A stretch of 59,223 bases of DNA, taken from NCBI GenBank assembly GCA_025276375.1, contig GCA_025276375.1_3645.1; one strand, given 5' to 3'. The notes beneath the pieces are model-generated. The model made no database searches, was not told where the DNA came from, and was given only the letters and a program-made list of their open reading frames with translations. Shown here one piece after another: positions 1 through 10,564 of the stretch (position 1 is the first letter of the stretch; every line of letters starts with the position of its first letter). Both the position numbers and the translations under genes were made by a program. Origin of the DNA: a phage.

Positions 1-561
1 ATTTCTAAGATGATTAGAGCGCCATTAGATAATTTATTTCTTGAAAGGCTGGAGCTTGATGGTGTTGAGATCTTAATTGCTGCAAAGCTGGAGCTACCGA
101 CAGGAACTGTCAGGGTGTGCTCAGGCACCGGTGTTGTAGTAATTGAGGGGCAACATTTTATAGGGATAGGTGGGTCAGCAACATTAACCGCTGTGTCTGA
201 GAAAGATGCCACCAACTTCGGATCTGTGGTAGCGACATTGAACGGGTTTGATCCTAAGTATGTTGGTGATCTGCTGAAGACGGAGTATTCTGGTTGTCGT
301 GCCACGTTGTACATTACCGCTATGGAGAATGGTCTGCCTGTTACAACTAATGGCCTGTTTGACGGCCTTATAACAGATATGGCTATTCAGACAGGTGAGA
401 ATAGTGCTTTGTCCATATCCATATCTTCCATCTTCAACAGTTGGTTAAGAGGTTTTCCTTATCGGTACACGGAGGAAAGCCACAGCTCAAGAAACGATAA
501 TGACAGATTTTTTAAATATGTGGATCAGGTGGCGAGCCGCCCGATCATTTGGGAGGTTTAA
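1..561 (+). CDS. tail tip assembly protein (lambda gpL / GTA g13-like), probably 5'-partial
   Basis: ORF open to window start with no SD before ATG at 10; sits directly upstream of NlpC/P60 and gpJ-like genes as in lambda L-K-I-J order; assignment by synteny only. Confidence 0.35.
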   Translation: MSKMIRAPLDNLFLERLELDGVEILIAAKLELPTGTVRVCSGTGVVVIEGQHFIGIGGSATLTAVSEKDATNFGSVVATLNGFDPKYVGDLLKTEYSGCRATLYITAMENGLPVTTNGLFDGLITDMAIQTGENSALSISISSIFNSWLRGFPYRYTEESHSSRNDNDRFFKYVDQVASRPIIWEV

Positions 562-986
562 TGAGCACACACCCTCGCTTAGTGGATTGGCAAGAAAGAT
601 TGTGGAAAGTGTTTGACGAAGAGGCCACCATACCTTTTGAATGGGGATTCCACGATTGTTGCACCTTTGCAGCTAAGTGTGTTGATGCCCAGTACGGAAC
701 AGATTTTCTTTCTAACTTCGAAGGAACGTATAAAACAGAGTTGGAAAGCAAAAGATGGTGCATGCTTCGTTTCAAAACCACACACCTGCCTACTATTTTT
801 GATTTCTTTATGACTCGGCTGGATACTCCTAAGCAGGTTCAGCGTGGAGATATTGTTATTTTCGAAGGTCTGAACGGGCTCACCGCTGGTGTGTTCTGGA
901 ACAACCAGATTTGGGCGAAAGGTGATAAAGGGGTCTTTATGTTTGACATGAAAGATTCTATAGTTGTTGATGTCTGGAGGTATTAA
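561..986 (+). CDS. NlpC/P60-family tail-associated peptidase (gpK-like)
   Basis: ATG 561 after GGGAGG (551-556); Cys/His-containing stretch 'FHDCCTFAAKC'; position between gpL-like and gpJ-like genes. Confidence 0.55.
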   Translation: MSTHPRLVDWQERLWKVFDEEATIPFEWGFHDCCTFAAKCVDAQYGTDFLSNFEGTYKTELESKRWCMLRFKTTHLPTIFDFFMTRLDTPKQVQRGDIVIFEGLNGLTAGVFWNNQIWAKGDKGVFMFDMKDSIVVDVWRY

Positions 987-3900
987 TGCCAATTGCAATG
1001 ATTGATAACATCGTTGCTTCTGCAAGATCTTCAAGTTATGACTGGAACGCATCCAAGGCAGCTCTGGCTGACAGCCTGAACACTGTTACCACCAGAACTC
1101 TGGATAAGATTTTTGAGGGCAACAAATCTTACAGAAGTCAGCAAGATAGACAAAAGCTTCTCAGATCTTCTGCTGCACCTTGCTCTGTAGTGTATGGAAA
1201 GACACGCACATCTGGATTGCTTGCGTTTTTGGAGCAGGATAGAGACAAAACCCTCCATTGTGCTATTGTTCTTGCCAATCACCCTCTGGAAGGTATAGAA
1301 GATATACTTATCGATGGTAATCCTATTTCCTCGTATGGAGATTTGGTATCGTGGGAATTACATAACGACAGAAAAACGGCTGATCCTTTCATGGGGACAC
1401 ACTGCCCATCGTGGTCACCAGACATGATAGGTAGAGGGATCAGTTGGCTACGTGCCAGCTTCAAGTTCGACCCTAACAAGTTTCCTTTTGGGTTGCCAAA
1501 CGTTACACTCGTCAAGGTTGGTAAAAAATGCTATGATCCTCGTATCAGTAAAGAGGTGTATACCAATAACGCTGCCTTGGTGATCCTGGACTATTTAAGA
1601 ACGTACCTTAAATGTCCTGACGAAACCATCAACTGGGAGTCCTTTAAGGAGGCTGCCAACATATGCGACGAGGCGGTAAAAAACGCTGACGGAACCAGTG
1701 AGCGACGTTACACCATTAACGGTGAGTTTGACATGGATGAGGCCCCAGCAAGTATTATGGCAGAAATGCTGAAAGCTTGCGGTGCAGACCTTAGTTATGT
1801 TGCTGGTAAGTATGGTTTGCTGGTTGGTGCATACTATGGTCCGGCAACAATGACATTGAGTGAGGACTGTGTCTGTGGTGAGGTTAAGATCTATCCGGAA
1901 GCCTCATTTGACAAAAGATCTAACACAATAACTGGCAGATTCACTAGTCCGACCAAAGGGTATTCTGAAACAGATTTCCCATCAGTGTTTGTCCCAGAGT
2001 GGATAGAGAAGGATGGAGAAAGAAAGATAATCGATATAGACTATCGCTTTGTTACCAGTCCTTATCAAGCTCAACGTGTTTCTGCAATCTTCTTAAGACG
2101 TGCTAGAGCTGGCAGGATTATTGAAGTCACCTGCAATATGCGAGGTTTTAAATTTAAGCCTGGCCGTTACGTTACAATGAATCTCCCAAGTATTGGTATA
2201 GTAGGCCAAGAAATGAGGGTTCTTGAATGGGAGTTCACCAAAAAGGGTGGTGTCAAGGTAAAACTTCGTCAAGATGCTAAAGAGTGGAATGATGCCACAG
2301 GGCAACTTCCGGATTCTGGTGATGTAGATATTCCGATATCTCCATCTGGTGTAGCTCAACCGCAAAACTTCAGATACTCCGTCCTCCAAGCTGGGGAAAT
2401 AACTCACGGTGTTCTGGCTTGGGACAACGTTGGGACTTACGCTCAAAATATTGTGCAGGTAAGAAAGAACGGAGAGATTGTTTGGACAGCACAGACAGTT
2501 GAGCAGTTTGTCCGAGTAGAAGGCTTGACCAAAGGGTCATACACAGCAACCGTGGTTGCAACATCTTATAAAGGTGGTGTATCTCCAGAAGCGTACTGCG
2601 AGTTTAACATTCAGGCACCTGAAGCTCCTGTTTCTGTAGAGGTTAAGCAGGGATACTTTGCTATCACCTTGATTCCACACAGCAGGGATTTAGCAAGTGT
2701 AAGCACCCAGTATGACTTTTGGACATCTGGTATGACAAGGTTGCCCGACACCAGCGATGCAACCGTTACTTCAAACGCCACCCGTATGGGTGTTGGTTCA
2801 ACTTGGACATCCGAAGGTCTGCAGAACGATAAGGTTTATTATTGGTATATTCGAACCACAAACGCTTTTGGTAGCTCTCAGTTTGTAGAGTGTGCTGCAC
2901 GCTGCTATACCTCCATTGAGGATTTGATGCCTCAGATAGATGCTGAATTCAAAAAGACAGAAACTTATAAAGAGTTGATGAGCACTTTAGATTCCTCTAT
3001 TGAAGAGGTTGAAAATCGTGTCACAGAACTTAACAGGTACATGGATGGTAGAGTTGACGAGGCTTTTGACCACATGGAAGGTGAGTTCTCTAGAGTAGAC
3101 AAGCTGTATGCTCAGTTGGGAGATAGGGTTGGAATATTCATCCAAGAAACCCACGACAACTTCCAGGACGTTAATGGAACGCTTACCACTCTAGATCAGA
3201 AACTGGTAGCCACTCAGAACAAGTTTGCAGATGATCTTTCTAAAGAAAGTGGCAAGCTTGCTTCTCTAATCCAGACCACTAACAAAGCTACAACCGATCT
3301 GTTGAATCAGAAAACTGAAGCTTTGGACGAGAAGATTGTTTCAACCAGGGGTGAGTTGGAAGATGCTTTAGCGCAGGAAAGCTCTGAGCTGAACTCCCTG
3401 ATTGTATCAACCAATAAAACGACTACAGATCTCCTTAATCGGAAAACCGAGGCTTTAGACAATAAGCTGACGGCAACGAAAGGTGAGTTGACCAACAATC
3501 TGCAGAATGAGAGTGCTAAACTATCGTCCTTGATTGAGTCAACCAACAAATCCACCACTGATCTTCTTAATAAGAAAACAGAGGCGTTGGATGAAAAACT
3601 GGTTGCTGCACAGGGCGAGTTGACTGAGCAGATCGGAGATGTTGAAAAAGGCTATCTGGCTGGTGATAAGAGCCTAGAGGGCAAGTTGAATACTCAAAGA
3701 TCTGAGTTGGATGCGAGCATTCTGAGCACTAACCAGGCCACTGTGGACTTGCTGAACAGAACTTCTGAGACTCTTGACCAGAAGATTAGCCAGACCAACG
3801 CCACAGTGTCCAAAAACTACACCACGCTTGATGGTAAGATAAACACCGCCAAGTCTGATCTTAATACGTTGATTTCTACCACCAACAAGGCCACAACTGA

Positions 3901-5131
3901 CCTGTTGAATCAGAAAACGGCAGCTTTGACTGAGCAGTTAACCACTGCTAAAGGGCAGATTACAACCAACACCAATAATATTACTGGGTTGGACAATAAG
4001 CTGACTCAGACGAAGAAAGACTTGTCTGCGAATATTTCTGAAACTAATAACGCCACTGTTGATCTGATTAACGGCACAGCGTCAGCTATTCGTCAAGAAC
4101 TTGCTGTTGCTAAGCAGGAGATCATTGATGGTGTTGGTGATGTGTCCGAGATCAGGGCTGCAGTAGCTACAACAGCTAAGGCTGTGACCGACTTAGAGGG
4201 TAAAGTAAATGCTCAGTGGGGTACAAAAATACAGGTAGACTCCGCAGGGAATAAATATGTTGCAGGTATCCAGTTGGGGATGGAAGGGTCTGGAGGCCAA
4301 GTTCAATCCTACTTCATGGTTAGTGCAAACAATTTTGCGGTATACAACCCAGGAAATGGAACAGCAACCCTTGCTTTCGCAATCAAGAACAACCAAGCGT
4401 TCTTGAAAGACGCTTTTATAGAGAATGGCACGATCTCCTCTGCCAAGATCGCACAAGAAATCTCGTCAAACAACTACGATGGCAACGGGTACCATAAATA
4501 CGGTTGGTATATTAACAAGAACGGGCACGCCCAATTTATGGATGTGTGGGTGAAAGGCAACATCAACGCTAGTTCTGGTAACTTCACAGGGGCAGTTAAC
4601 GCCACTAGTGGTACCTTCCGTGGGGATGTTTATGCCAATAATGGTAGCTTTAGGGGCACCATAGATGCAACCGGAGGTACCTTCCGTGGTCGTGTAGAAG
4701 CTTCTGTTATCCGTGCCAACCAGTTCGAAGGTGCAATTGTTGCACACAGGACTTACGGGGATTGTGCTCCAGTATATAACTCTCGGCAAAGGGTTTGCCG
4801 TTGGAGGTGGAGATACGTAGATAACGTTTCAGGTCAGGGTAAGAACGTAACATTCTTCTTTAAACTGAACGGTACTCTTGCCAGCTCCCAACTGAATGCA
4901 TGGATAGCTGGTCATCAGATCCTTGCTGGCAAGAAGTATTTTAACGACAACAACGGCATGTGTGCGGTAGGGATAACAGGTCTGGGTGAACAAACTATAG
5001 ACATTGTTATCGAGATTTACACACCGTGGTCAACGTCGAGCGTGACAGGTGTCACAATCTCCTGTCCCACTGTGATAGTAAGTCGTTCAAACTCTAGCTT
5101 CCAGGGACCTTGGAACGAGTCTCACGACTAA
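986..5131 (+). CDS. host specificity protein J-like central tail fiber (1381 aa)
   Basis: N-terminal gpJ-type motifs ('VVYGKTRTSGL', 'IVLANHPLEGIEDILIDGNPI', 'YDPRIS'); internal FN3-like segments; coiled-coil tandem repeats; C-terminal GxFxG-type repeats ('GTFRGDV','GSFRGTI','GTFRGRV'). Confidence 0.75.
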   Translation: MPIAMIDNIVASARSSSYDWNASKAALADSLNTVTTRTLDKIFEGNKSYRSQQDRQKLLRSSAAPCSVVYGKTRTSGLLAFLEQDRDKTLHCAIVLANHPLEGIEDILIDGNPISSYGDLVSWELHNDRKTADPFMGTHCPSWSPDMIGRGISWLRASFKFDPNKFPFGLPNVTLVKVGKKCYDPRISKEVYTNNAALVILDYLRTYLKCPDETINWESFKEAANICDEAVKNADGTSERRYTINGEFDMDEAPASIMAEMLKACGADLSYVAGKYGLLVGAYYGPATMTLSEDCVCGEVKIYPEASFDKRSNTITGRFTSPTKGYSETDFPSVFVPEWIEKDGERKIIDIDYRFVTSPYQAQRVSAIFLRRARAGRIIEVTCNMRGFKFKPGRYVTMNLPSIGIVGQEMRVLEWEFTKKGGVKVKLRQDAKEWNDATGQLPDSGDVDIPISPSGVAQPQNFRYSVLQAGEITHGVLAWDNVGTYAQNIVQVRKNGEIVWTAQTVEQFVRVEGLTKGSYTATVVATSYKGGVSPEAYCEFNIQAPEAPVSVEVKQGYFAITLIPHSRDLASVSTQYDFWTSGMTRLPDTSDATVTSNATRMGVGSTWTSEGLQNDKVYYWYIRTTNAFGSSQFVECAARCYTSIEDLMPQIDAEFKKTETYKELMSTLDSSIEEVENRVTELNRYMDGRVDEAFDHMEGEFSRVDKLYAQLGDRVGIFIQETHDNFQDVNGTLTTLDQKLVATQNKFADDLSKESGKLASLIQTTNKATTDLLNQKTEALDEKIVSTRGELEDALAQESSELNSLIVSTNKTTTDLLNRKTEALDNKLTATKGELTNNLQNESAKLSSLIESTNKSTTDLLNKKTEALDEKLVAAQGELTEQIGDVEKGYLAGDKSLEGKLNTQRSELDASILSTNQATVDLLNRTSETLDQKISQTNATVSKNYTTLDGKINTAKSDLNTLISTTNKATTDLLNQKTAALTEQLTTAKGQITTNTNNITGLDNKLTQTKKDLSANISETNNATVDLINGTASAIRQELAVAKQEIIDGVGDVSEIRAAVATTAKAVTDLEGKVNAQWGTKIQVDSAGNKYVAGIQLGMEGSGGQVQSYFMVSANNFAVYNPGNGTATLAFAIKNNQAFLKDAFIENGTISSAKIAQEISSNNYDGNGYHKYGWYINKNGHAQFMDVWVKGNINASSGNFTGAVNATSGTFRGDVYANNGSFRGTIDATGGTFRGRVEASVIRANQFEGAIVAHRTYGDCAPVYNSRQRVCRWRWRYVDNVSGQGKNVTFFFKLNGTLASSQLNAWIAGHQILAGKKYFNDNNGMCAVGITGLGEQTIDIVIEIYTPWSTSSVTGVTISCPTVIVSRSNSSFQGPWNESHD
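3271..4130 (+). repeat. intragenic tandem repeats (about 114-135 nt units) encoding 'STNKATTDLLNQKTEALDEKL...' coiled-coil heptads
   Basis: at least 6 consecutive diverged copies visible in DNA and protein (TTDLLN[QRK]KTEALD[EN]K). Confidence 0.7.
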
Positions 5132-5139
5132 CCTTTAAA

Positions 5140-5165
5140 GCCCCGCTTCGGCGGGGTTTATTTTT
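5140..5165 (+). terminator. intrinsic terminator, GCCCCGC-UUCG-GCGGGG hairpin plus U-tract
   Basis: perfect 6-7 bp GC stem, UUCG tetraloop, followed by TTTATTTTT, 9 nt after stop of gpJ-like gene. Confidence 0.8.
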
Positions 5166-5174
5166 ATGCTCAGA

Positions 5175-5203
5175 TTGACTATTGTTACAAAATTTGGTAA
5201 AAT
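5175..5203 (+). promoter_or_regulatory. sigma70-like promoter TTGACT-N17-TAAAAT
   Basis: -35 at 5175-5180, 17-nt spacer, -10 at 5198-5203; upstream of baseplate-J-like gene. Confidence 0.5.
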
Positions 5204-5236
5204 ACCTTGTAGAGATTTTCATACCGGAGGAGTGAC

Positions 5237-6727
5237 GTGGCTAAGTATGGATTGACAGAGGCTGGTTTCGTTATACCAACCCTAAATGACCTAATCGTTG
5301 AAACTAAGCAAAGCCTGATCCGTGCTTTTGGCGAAAACTTCAACGTACAGAGTAACTCCGTTGCAGATAAGCTGACCACTATCTTCAACGAGCGAGAGTA
5401 TCAACTTATTCTTATGGCAGCATCTGTATACGCATCACAGACGCTGTATGGGGCAGAAGGTATTTACCTAGATGAGCTTCTTGGAAGACAGGGTATTTAC
5501 CGAAGAGGCCGTTCTAAATCATCAGGTACCTGCCAGTTGACAATCAACACAACTGTGCCGTACAATATGATTTATGATTCCAAAACTTATACGCTGGACA
5601 GTGGCAACTTTGTTCTTAGCAACGATGTGCAAGTAGCAGGGAATCTTATTGCTCACAGAATAAATGCTCCAGACCTAAGGATTGGGAAATACAACTTCCA
5701 AATTACCAACCAGACAGATGGAAGTATCAAAACAAAAAGCCTGGTTTTAACAGATAAGTCTCTGGACTCTTCTGATTTGCCAAGCTTTTACGGAGAGATT
5801 AAGCAATTCATTGTCGATAATACAACCCTGTTGAACGACGATTTGATTCAGATCGATATGTTGACAGGGACGTTGTGGATAGGGTACAATTCAAATCTTG
5901 ATCAAGTTGGACTTAATAGCAGAGTAGATTTCAGAGTATCCCCGATTGTAGGGGAAAGAACTATCACACTGGATGTTATCGCTAACGAGGCTGGTGAGCT
6001 GTCAAGAGAAGCAGAAACCGTGACAACAATGTCGCCTACTCCTAGTGGATTTATCAAGCTTACCAACCGAGAAAGATTCAATGAGGGCAGGGATGTTGAG
6101 AAAGACTCAGAGTATCGCTTAAGAGCTTCCAGCACAAAACAGTTAACATCGAAGGCTACCCGTCCTGCAATCCTTAGCGCTGTAAGCGAGGTAAAAGGTG
6201 TTGAGAAAGTGAGAGTGTTCTCCAACAACACCGATAAAACTGATGCTAAAGGTATACCTCCTTACAAGTTCCAAGTGGTTGTGTTTGGTGGTGCAACGGA
6301 GGACATTTGCCAAGCACTTTACCAAACTATAGCCTGTACGAACAGGACTTATGGTAATATTTTCTACGATATCGCTACATCTGACGGTCAAACTGAAAGA
6401 ATTTATTACTCCAGGGCAAATACCTACCGCCTAGATGTAAGAATTACCTATTCCGGCGCTGCGCTTTCCACAACCGAAAAAGATGCCATTGTAGAGGCTC
6501 TTTTGCAGGTTGTTAACGGACTTGATGTTGCAGATACGTTGTACAATATCCAATTGGTCGGTGCTGCATCCGCTGCTGTGTCGATAGGTAGATTTAATAG
6601 ACTGGTAATTCAAGTTAAACCAGTAGGAGCTTCTGATGAAGCTTACACGACAAACGATATTGTTGCGAACATGACCGAGGTGTTTGACCTCGACGAAAGT
6701 AATATAACTTTCCAACAAACTATTTAA
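5237..6727 (+). CDS. baseplate J-like protein
   Basis: GTG start 6 nt after GGAGG; N-terminal region resembles Baseplate_J/gp47 family ('ASQTLYGAEGIYLDELLGRQGIYRRG'); assignment from recalled family features. Confidence 0.45.
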   Translation: MAKYGLTEAGFVIPTLNDLIVETKQSLIRAFGENFNVQSNSVADKLTTIFNEREYQLILMAASVYASQTLYGAEGIYLDELLGRQGIYRRGRSKSSGTCQLTINTTVPYNMIYDSKTYTLDSGNFVLSNDVQVAGNLIAHRINAPDLRIGKYNFQITNQTDGSIKTKSLVLTDKSLDSSDLPSFYGEIKQFIVDNTTLLNDDLIQIDMLTGTLWIGYNSNLDQVGLNSRVDFRVSPIVGERTITLDVIANEAGELSREAETVTTMSPTPSGFIKLTNRERFNEGRDVEKDSEYRLRASSTKQLTSKATRPAILSAVSEVKGVEKVRVFSNNTDKTDAKGIPPYKFQVVVFGGATEDICQALYQTIACTNRTYGNIFYDIATSDGQTERIYYSRANTYRLDVRITYSGAALSTTEKDAIVEALLQVVNGLDVADTLYNIQLVGAASAAVSIGRFNRLVIQVKPVGASDEAYTTNDIVANMTEVFDLDESNITFQQTI

Positions 6728-6738
6728 GGCGGCGAGAT

Positions 6739-7425
6739 ATGGCAGAGATTAAGTCGGATGTTAACCACATCCACACTCTGCCAGATTTTGTTCAGGGAGG
6801 TCTTGACTACCTACCTGGAGATTTTCTGGCTGAGAAGGTTAATTTAGTCACATTCTTAACCGTATACCTTAAAAGGTTGGAGGATGTTGATAAGATGCTG
6901 GTAGGTTTGGCTGAAGGAAGATTGCTTAACAATGCCAGCGGAAGATACCTTGACGAAGTTGGTAATCAACTTGGTATTCTTAGGAATGGACTTTCAGATG
7001 CTGATTTTCGTGCCACACTAATTATTCAGCAGGCCGCAGCATCAAGGGGCGGGACTCGCGAAGATGTCATCTCCACCTTGCGACAATTGTTCGGAAGAGA
7101 CAATTTCGATACGTGGAAAGGAGACAACTTCAGGTTTGACATAAATATTAGAAAAACTTGCTTTGACATATTGCAGTCTATCGATCAGATCTTAGATATG
7201 CTACCATTGCCTTGTCATTTGCGTCTTACAGAATCGCAAGGGCAAGCTTTTGGTTTTGAAGGGGACTCTACAGCTCTTGGCTTCGGATCGGTGTGGGAAG
7301 AAAACCAATTCGGAGTTGGTGGGCTGGCTACTTTGCTGTATGTTCCTGACGTAAGACCTGATTGGGACACCACAACCATTTATTGTGAAAGTATTACAGT
7401 AAACGCAACTAGACAGGAGGGTTAA
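6739..7425 (+). CDS. tail/baseplate protein (possible P2 gpI-like)
   Basis: follows baseplate-J-like gene; 228 aa; weak similarity by recall only. Confidence 0.3.
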   Translation: MAEIKSDVNHIHTLPDFVQGGLDYLPGDFLAEKVNLVTFLTVYLKRLEDVDKMLVGLAEGRLLNNASGRYLDEVGNQLGILRNGLSDADFRATLIIQQAAASRGGTREDVISTLRQLFGRDNFDTWKGDNFRFDINIRKTCFDILQSIDQILDMLPLPCHLRLTESQGQAFGFEGDSTALGFGSVWEENQFGVGGLATLLYVPDVRPDWDTTTIYCESITVNATRQEG

Positions 7426-9497
7426 TGGCAACAGCTGTTTTTAAACCTTACCGTGATTACTCTACAATGGCTGCACAGTTTCATTACCGAACAGTTCAGG
7501 ATACTGCCGTTCCTGGTAGGGATTATAATCATGTTGAGGGCGATGTAACTATCCCAATTGGGGCAACCAGTATTGAAATCCCAGTGGAAATTGTTGACAA
7601 ATTACCCAACAGGTTACCAAGAAGCTTCTTTATGGAGTTTTCATCAAAATCTCAAGGGGTGATGATTGGGACACAAAGGGCAAAATGTACAATAGTTTCA
7701 GATGAGAATCTTGACAGGATATCTTGGGATACTGTTGAGGAGAAAATGTTTCACCCAAGATATTGGGTTACAAATACTCAGCAGACTGAAAGTACCTGTA
7801 TTGTTGCAGATGACAACTGTTGTATTAACCGTTTAGTGTCAAGAACATATGGAGGTATGGCTGGGTGCATTTGGGAAACAGTTGACAAGTATGACCATTT
7901 CGGTATTGGGTTTGATGATCACTATGAGATGAGAAACACCAAGCTTTGGTTCAGAATGTCAATAACCAATGCCAGCAACTTCTCCACCCCTGAAAAGATG
8001 ATTATGACTGTAGACCTTGTCGATGGCACAATCATCTATGTTCCTTTAGCTCAATATGCTGTCAGCATCTCAGAGGATAAGAATGTTGCAGAAATTCATA
8101 TTGATTTTGAGGACTGCGTCGGGATGGACCAGAACAACAACATGATGGGTGTTGATCCTCGGCAGGTTAGAAGGATTTTAATACCACTCATGCCTAAAGA
8201 CTGGGTAAGTAATAGCACAGACCCGAGAACGGAAAATGTAGAGTGTGAGTTGCGCCTAGATTTGCTTCAGCCAGACACAGGCTGGAAAATGATGCAACTT
8301 AACAATATTCAGGTGAGAGAGCACGACGTTGGGATCTGCACTGCATATGACGATATGTGGAACGTATCCCCTTTAAGGGTGTTGAACAATATCAAGCGTC
8401 TGGGCTATACCGGAACCATAAACCATTATGTTGGTATGAGTCATTATTATGACTACACGTGGTCAGGAACCCAATGGTCTATAAACAGAACAGGGGCGCT
8501 AAACGCTGCAGCTTATAAATGGCATGATGATTTTATGTACAATGCCAAACGACATAACTTCGACGTTATGCAGTCTGTAAGTTTTGAGCTTTACAGCGAT
8601 GCCTGCCCGTTGGAATGGACCCAAAGAGACTGGAACGATAACTACGCTAAAACAGGGTATACACCTTGTAGCTACCTCCTGTCTCCAACCATTGAAGAGG
8701 GTATGAATTTCCTTACTGCAGTATTTAAGAATTTTGCATCAGCCGCTATGAGAAACAACCTGCCAGTGATTATGCAGGTTGGTGAACCGTGGTGGTGGTA
8801 CAATACCGATACTCGTAGACCTTGTATTTATGATTACCCTACAAAACAGGCGTTTTATGATGAGACAGGCGAGTATGCATTAGATATTGGGACTATTGAC
8901 GATCCTAAAACTGGCGGTGTTTACGATAAGTATGTAGCATTTTGTCGTGGTAAGCTTGGCGCTCGTATTGCGGCTATTTCAAAGGCAATAAAGGCACACG
9001 CTGCATCAGCTCAGATGACAGCTCTGCTGTTTTTCCCAACCATTATGGAAACCGAGCTTACGCAAAAGCTTAACCTTGCTGACCAATATAAAAAGGAAGC
9101 AGGTGCTCTTGATTTCTTCTGCACCGAGTGCTACGATTGGGTGATGCAGGGAGGTATTGAAAAGGCAAAAGAGTCTGTAAACATACCTATCGTTAAGTTA
9201 GGTTGGCAACCGTCTGAAATACAATACCTTGCAGGGTTCGTTCCTAGTAAAGAGCTTGCTCCGGTATATGGCTACGACCCAACCAGGAATTACCAAGAAT
9301 TTTTATGGAGATGTATTTGCGGAAACATGGCAACTATAGAGTATAGATACCCTGAGGTAAAACAGTATGTGTGGGCATACCCGCAAGTAATGTCTGACAG
9401 CATCACTGTTACCGCTAGAGATTCTACCGTGCTTCATATGGGGCAGGTTGCTCTGAAAGGGTATGTAGAAGATGTTGTCCCGCCAGACTTCTCATAA
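7425..9497 (+). CDS. tail-associated protein with Calx-beta-like N-terminal segment
   Basis: AGGAGG SD; 'DYNHVEGDVTIPIGATSIEIPVEIVD' resembles Calx-beta; aromatic-rich central region suggests a carbohydrate-active fold (unverified). Confidence 0.3.
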   Translation: MATAVFKPYRDYSTMAAQFHYRTVQDTAVPGRDYNHVEGDVTIPIGATSIEIPVEIVDKLPNRLPRSFFMEFSSKSQGVMIGTQRAKCTIVSDENLDRISWDTVEEKMFHPRYWVTNTQQTESTCIVADDNCCINRLVSRTYGGMAGCIWETVDKYDHFGIGFDDHYEMRNTKLWFRMSITNASNFSTPEKMIMTVDLVDGTIIYVPLAQYAVSISEDKNVAEIHIDFEDCVGMDQNNNMMGVDPRQVRRILIPLMPKDWVSNSTDPRTENVECELRLDLLQPDTGWKMMQLNNIQVREHDVGICTAYDDMWNVSPLRVLNNIKRLGYTGTINHYVGMSHYYDYTWSGTQWSINRTGALNAAAYKWHDDFMYNAKRHNFDVMQSVSFELYSDACPLEWTQRDWNDNYAKTGYTPCSYLLSPTIEEGMNFLTAVFKNFASAAMRNNLPVIMQVGEPWWWYNTDTRRPCIYDYPTKQAFYDETGEYALDIGTIDDPKTGGVYDKYVAFCRGKLGARIAAISKAIKAHAASAQMTALLFFPTIMETELTQKLNLADQYKKEAGALDFFCTECYDWVMQGGIEKAKESVNIPIVKLGWQPSEIQYLAGFVPSKELAPVYGYDPTRNYQEFLWRCICGNMATIEYRYPEVKQYVWAYPQVMSDSITVTARDSTVLHMGQVALKGYVEDVVPPDFS

Positions 9498-9509
9498 TCA
9501 GGAGATAAA

Positions 9510-10550
9510 ATGTCAAAACCTAGTTTTCCATTAGAGATTTGGGCAGAGGAGGATCAGGTTCTGCCTAACACCCACAGACAGAACAGGCTACGCCCGATTG
9601 ATGATTTGTGGAGAAAAGGTTGGGATCTTGGTCAAAAGCCCTCATGTGAAGAACTTAACTATATTTTCAATATGCTCGGAACTTGGGCAAAATACATTGC
9701 TGACGAGCAGATCCCCGCTCAAGAAGGCCGTTATCTGGTACGTGATAATAACTTGAGTGATCTTTTGAACATCCCTGTTGCCCGTAGAAACCTTGGGATT
9801 ATTACCAAGGAAGAGGCAGACGCCAGGTATGTAAAAGTTACAGGTGATACAATGACAGGCCCATTGGGTTTGCAACGTATCAACTTTAAAGCTGCCGAGA
9901 CAGATAAGGCTTGGATAGAGACAACTATTGGCCCAGATAAGACAACTCTCGACTTCGGGTTAAGTGATAATATTGGGTCGTTTGATGATGGTGGTACATC
10001 TACAGTAGATGCGTTTCGTTGGAGATTCCAGCCAACTCAGCCGGATATTAATCCAGAGTTCACTTTGATGTACCTTAACGCGATCACGGCTAACCGTGCG
10101 CTGTTGAAAGTGGTCGGCAATGTTGAAGTTGTCGATAACATGAGGTGCAATAACCTTACTATCAGCAATACAGCAACATTCACCAACTGTAATGTGGCTA
10201 GTCAGTTGACGGCTGGGTCAGTATATGTTAATGGTGGTGCAAGTTGTGACAGCATGGTTGTAAGAAGCCAGCACTGTGTTGTCGGTAACAGAAATGTGGT
10301 GCGATCTGTGAACGGAGTTACGGCTAACGGTAACGGTGATGTAACAATCACTATCCCGCAGACAGGTGTGCAAGACATCAGAATCGGTGCAAGACTTGTT
10401 GACGGCGTTTCTGAATCCCCAATTCGCAACGGCTACGTTGTCACAGGCTGGCATTTCGGTGACAAAAAAGAGATGCGTGGTTCAACCTACTGGGCAGGAC
10501 CTTTACAAAAACTTGTAAATGGTCAATGGATCACTGTTAATTATGCATAG
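9510..10550 (+). CDS. side tail fiber protein, copy 1
   Basis: AGGAG SD; paralog of 11565-12608 (shared N-terminus 'P[SV][FI]PL[ED]IWA' and C-terminus 'VNGQWITVNYA'); immediately upstream of Tfa homolog. Confidence 0.6.
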   Translation: MSKPSFPLEIWAEEDQVLPNTHRQNRLRPIDDLWRKGWDLGQKPSCEELNYIFNMLGTWAKYIADEQIPAQEGRYLVRDNNLSDLLNIPVARRNLGIITKEEADARYVKVTGDTMTGPLGLQRINFKAAETDKAWIETTIGPDKTTLDFGLSDNIGSFDDGGTSTVDAFRWRFQPTQPDINPEFTLMYLNAITANRALLKVVGNVEVVDNMRCNNLTISNTATFTNCNVASQLTAGSVYVNGGASCDSMVVRSQHCVVGNRNVVRSVNGVTANGNGDVTITIPQTGVQDIRIGARLVDGVSESPIRNGYVVTGWHFGDKKEMRGSTYWAGPLQKLVNGQWITVNYA

Positions 10551-10564
10551 ATCGGAGGACTAGC

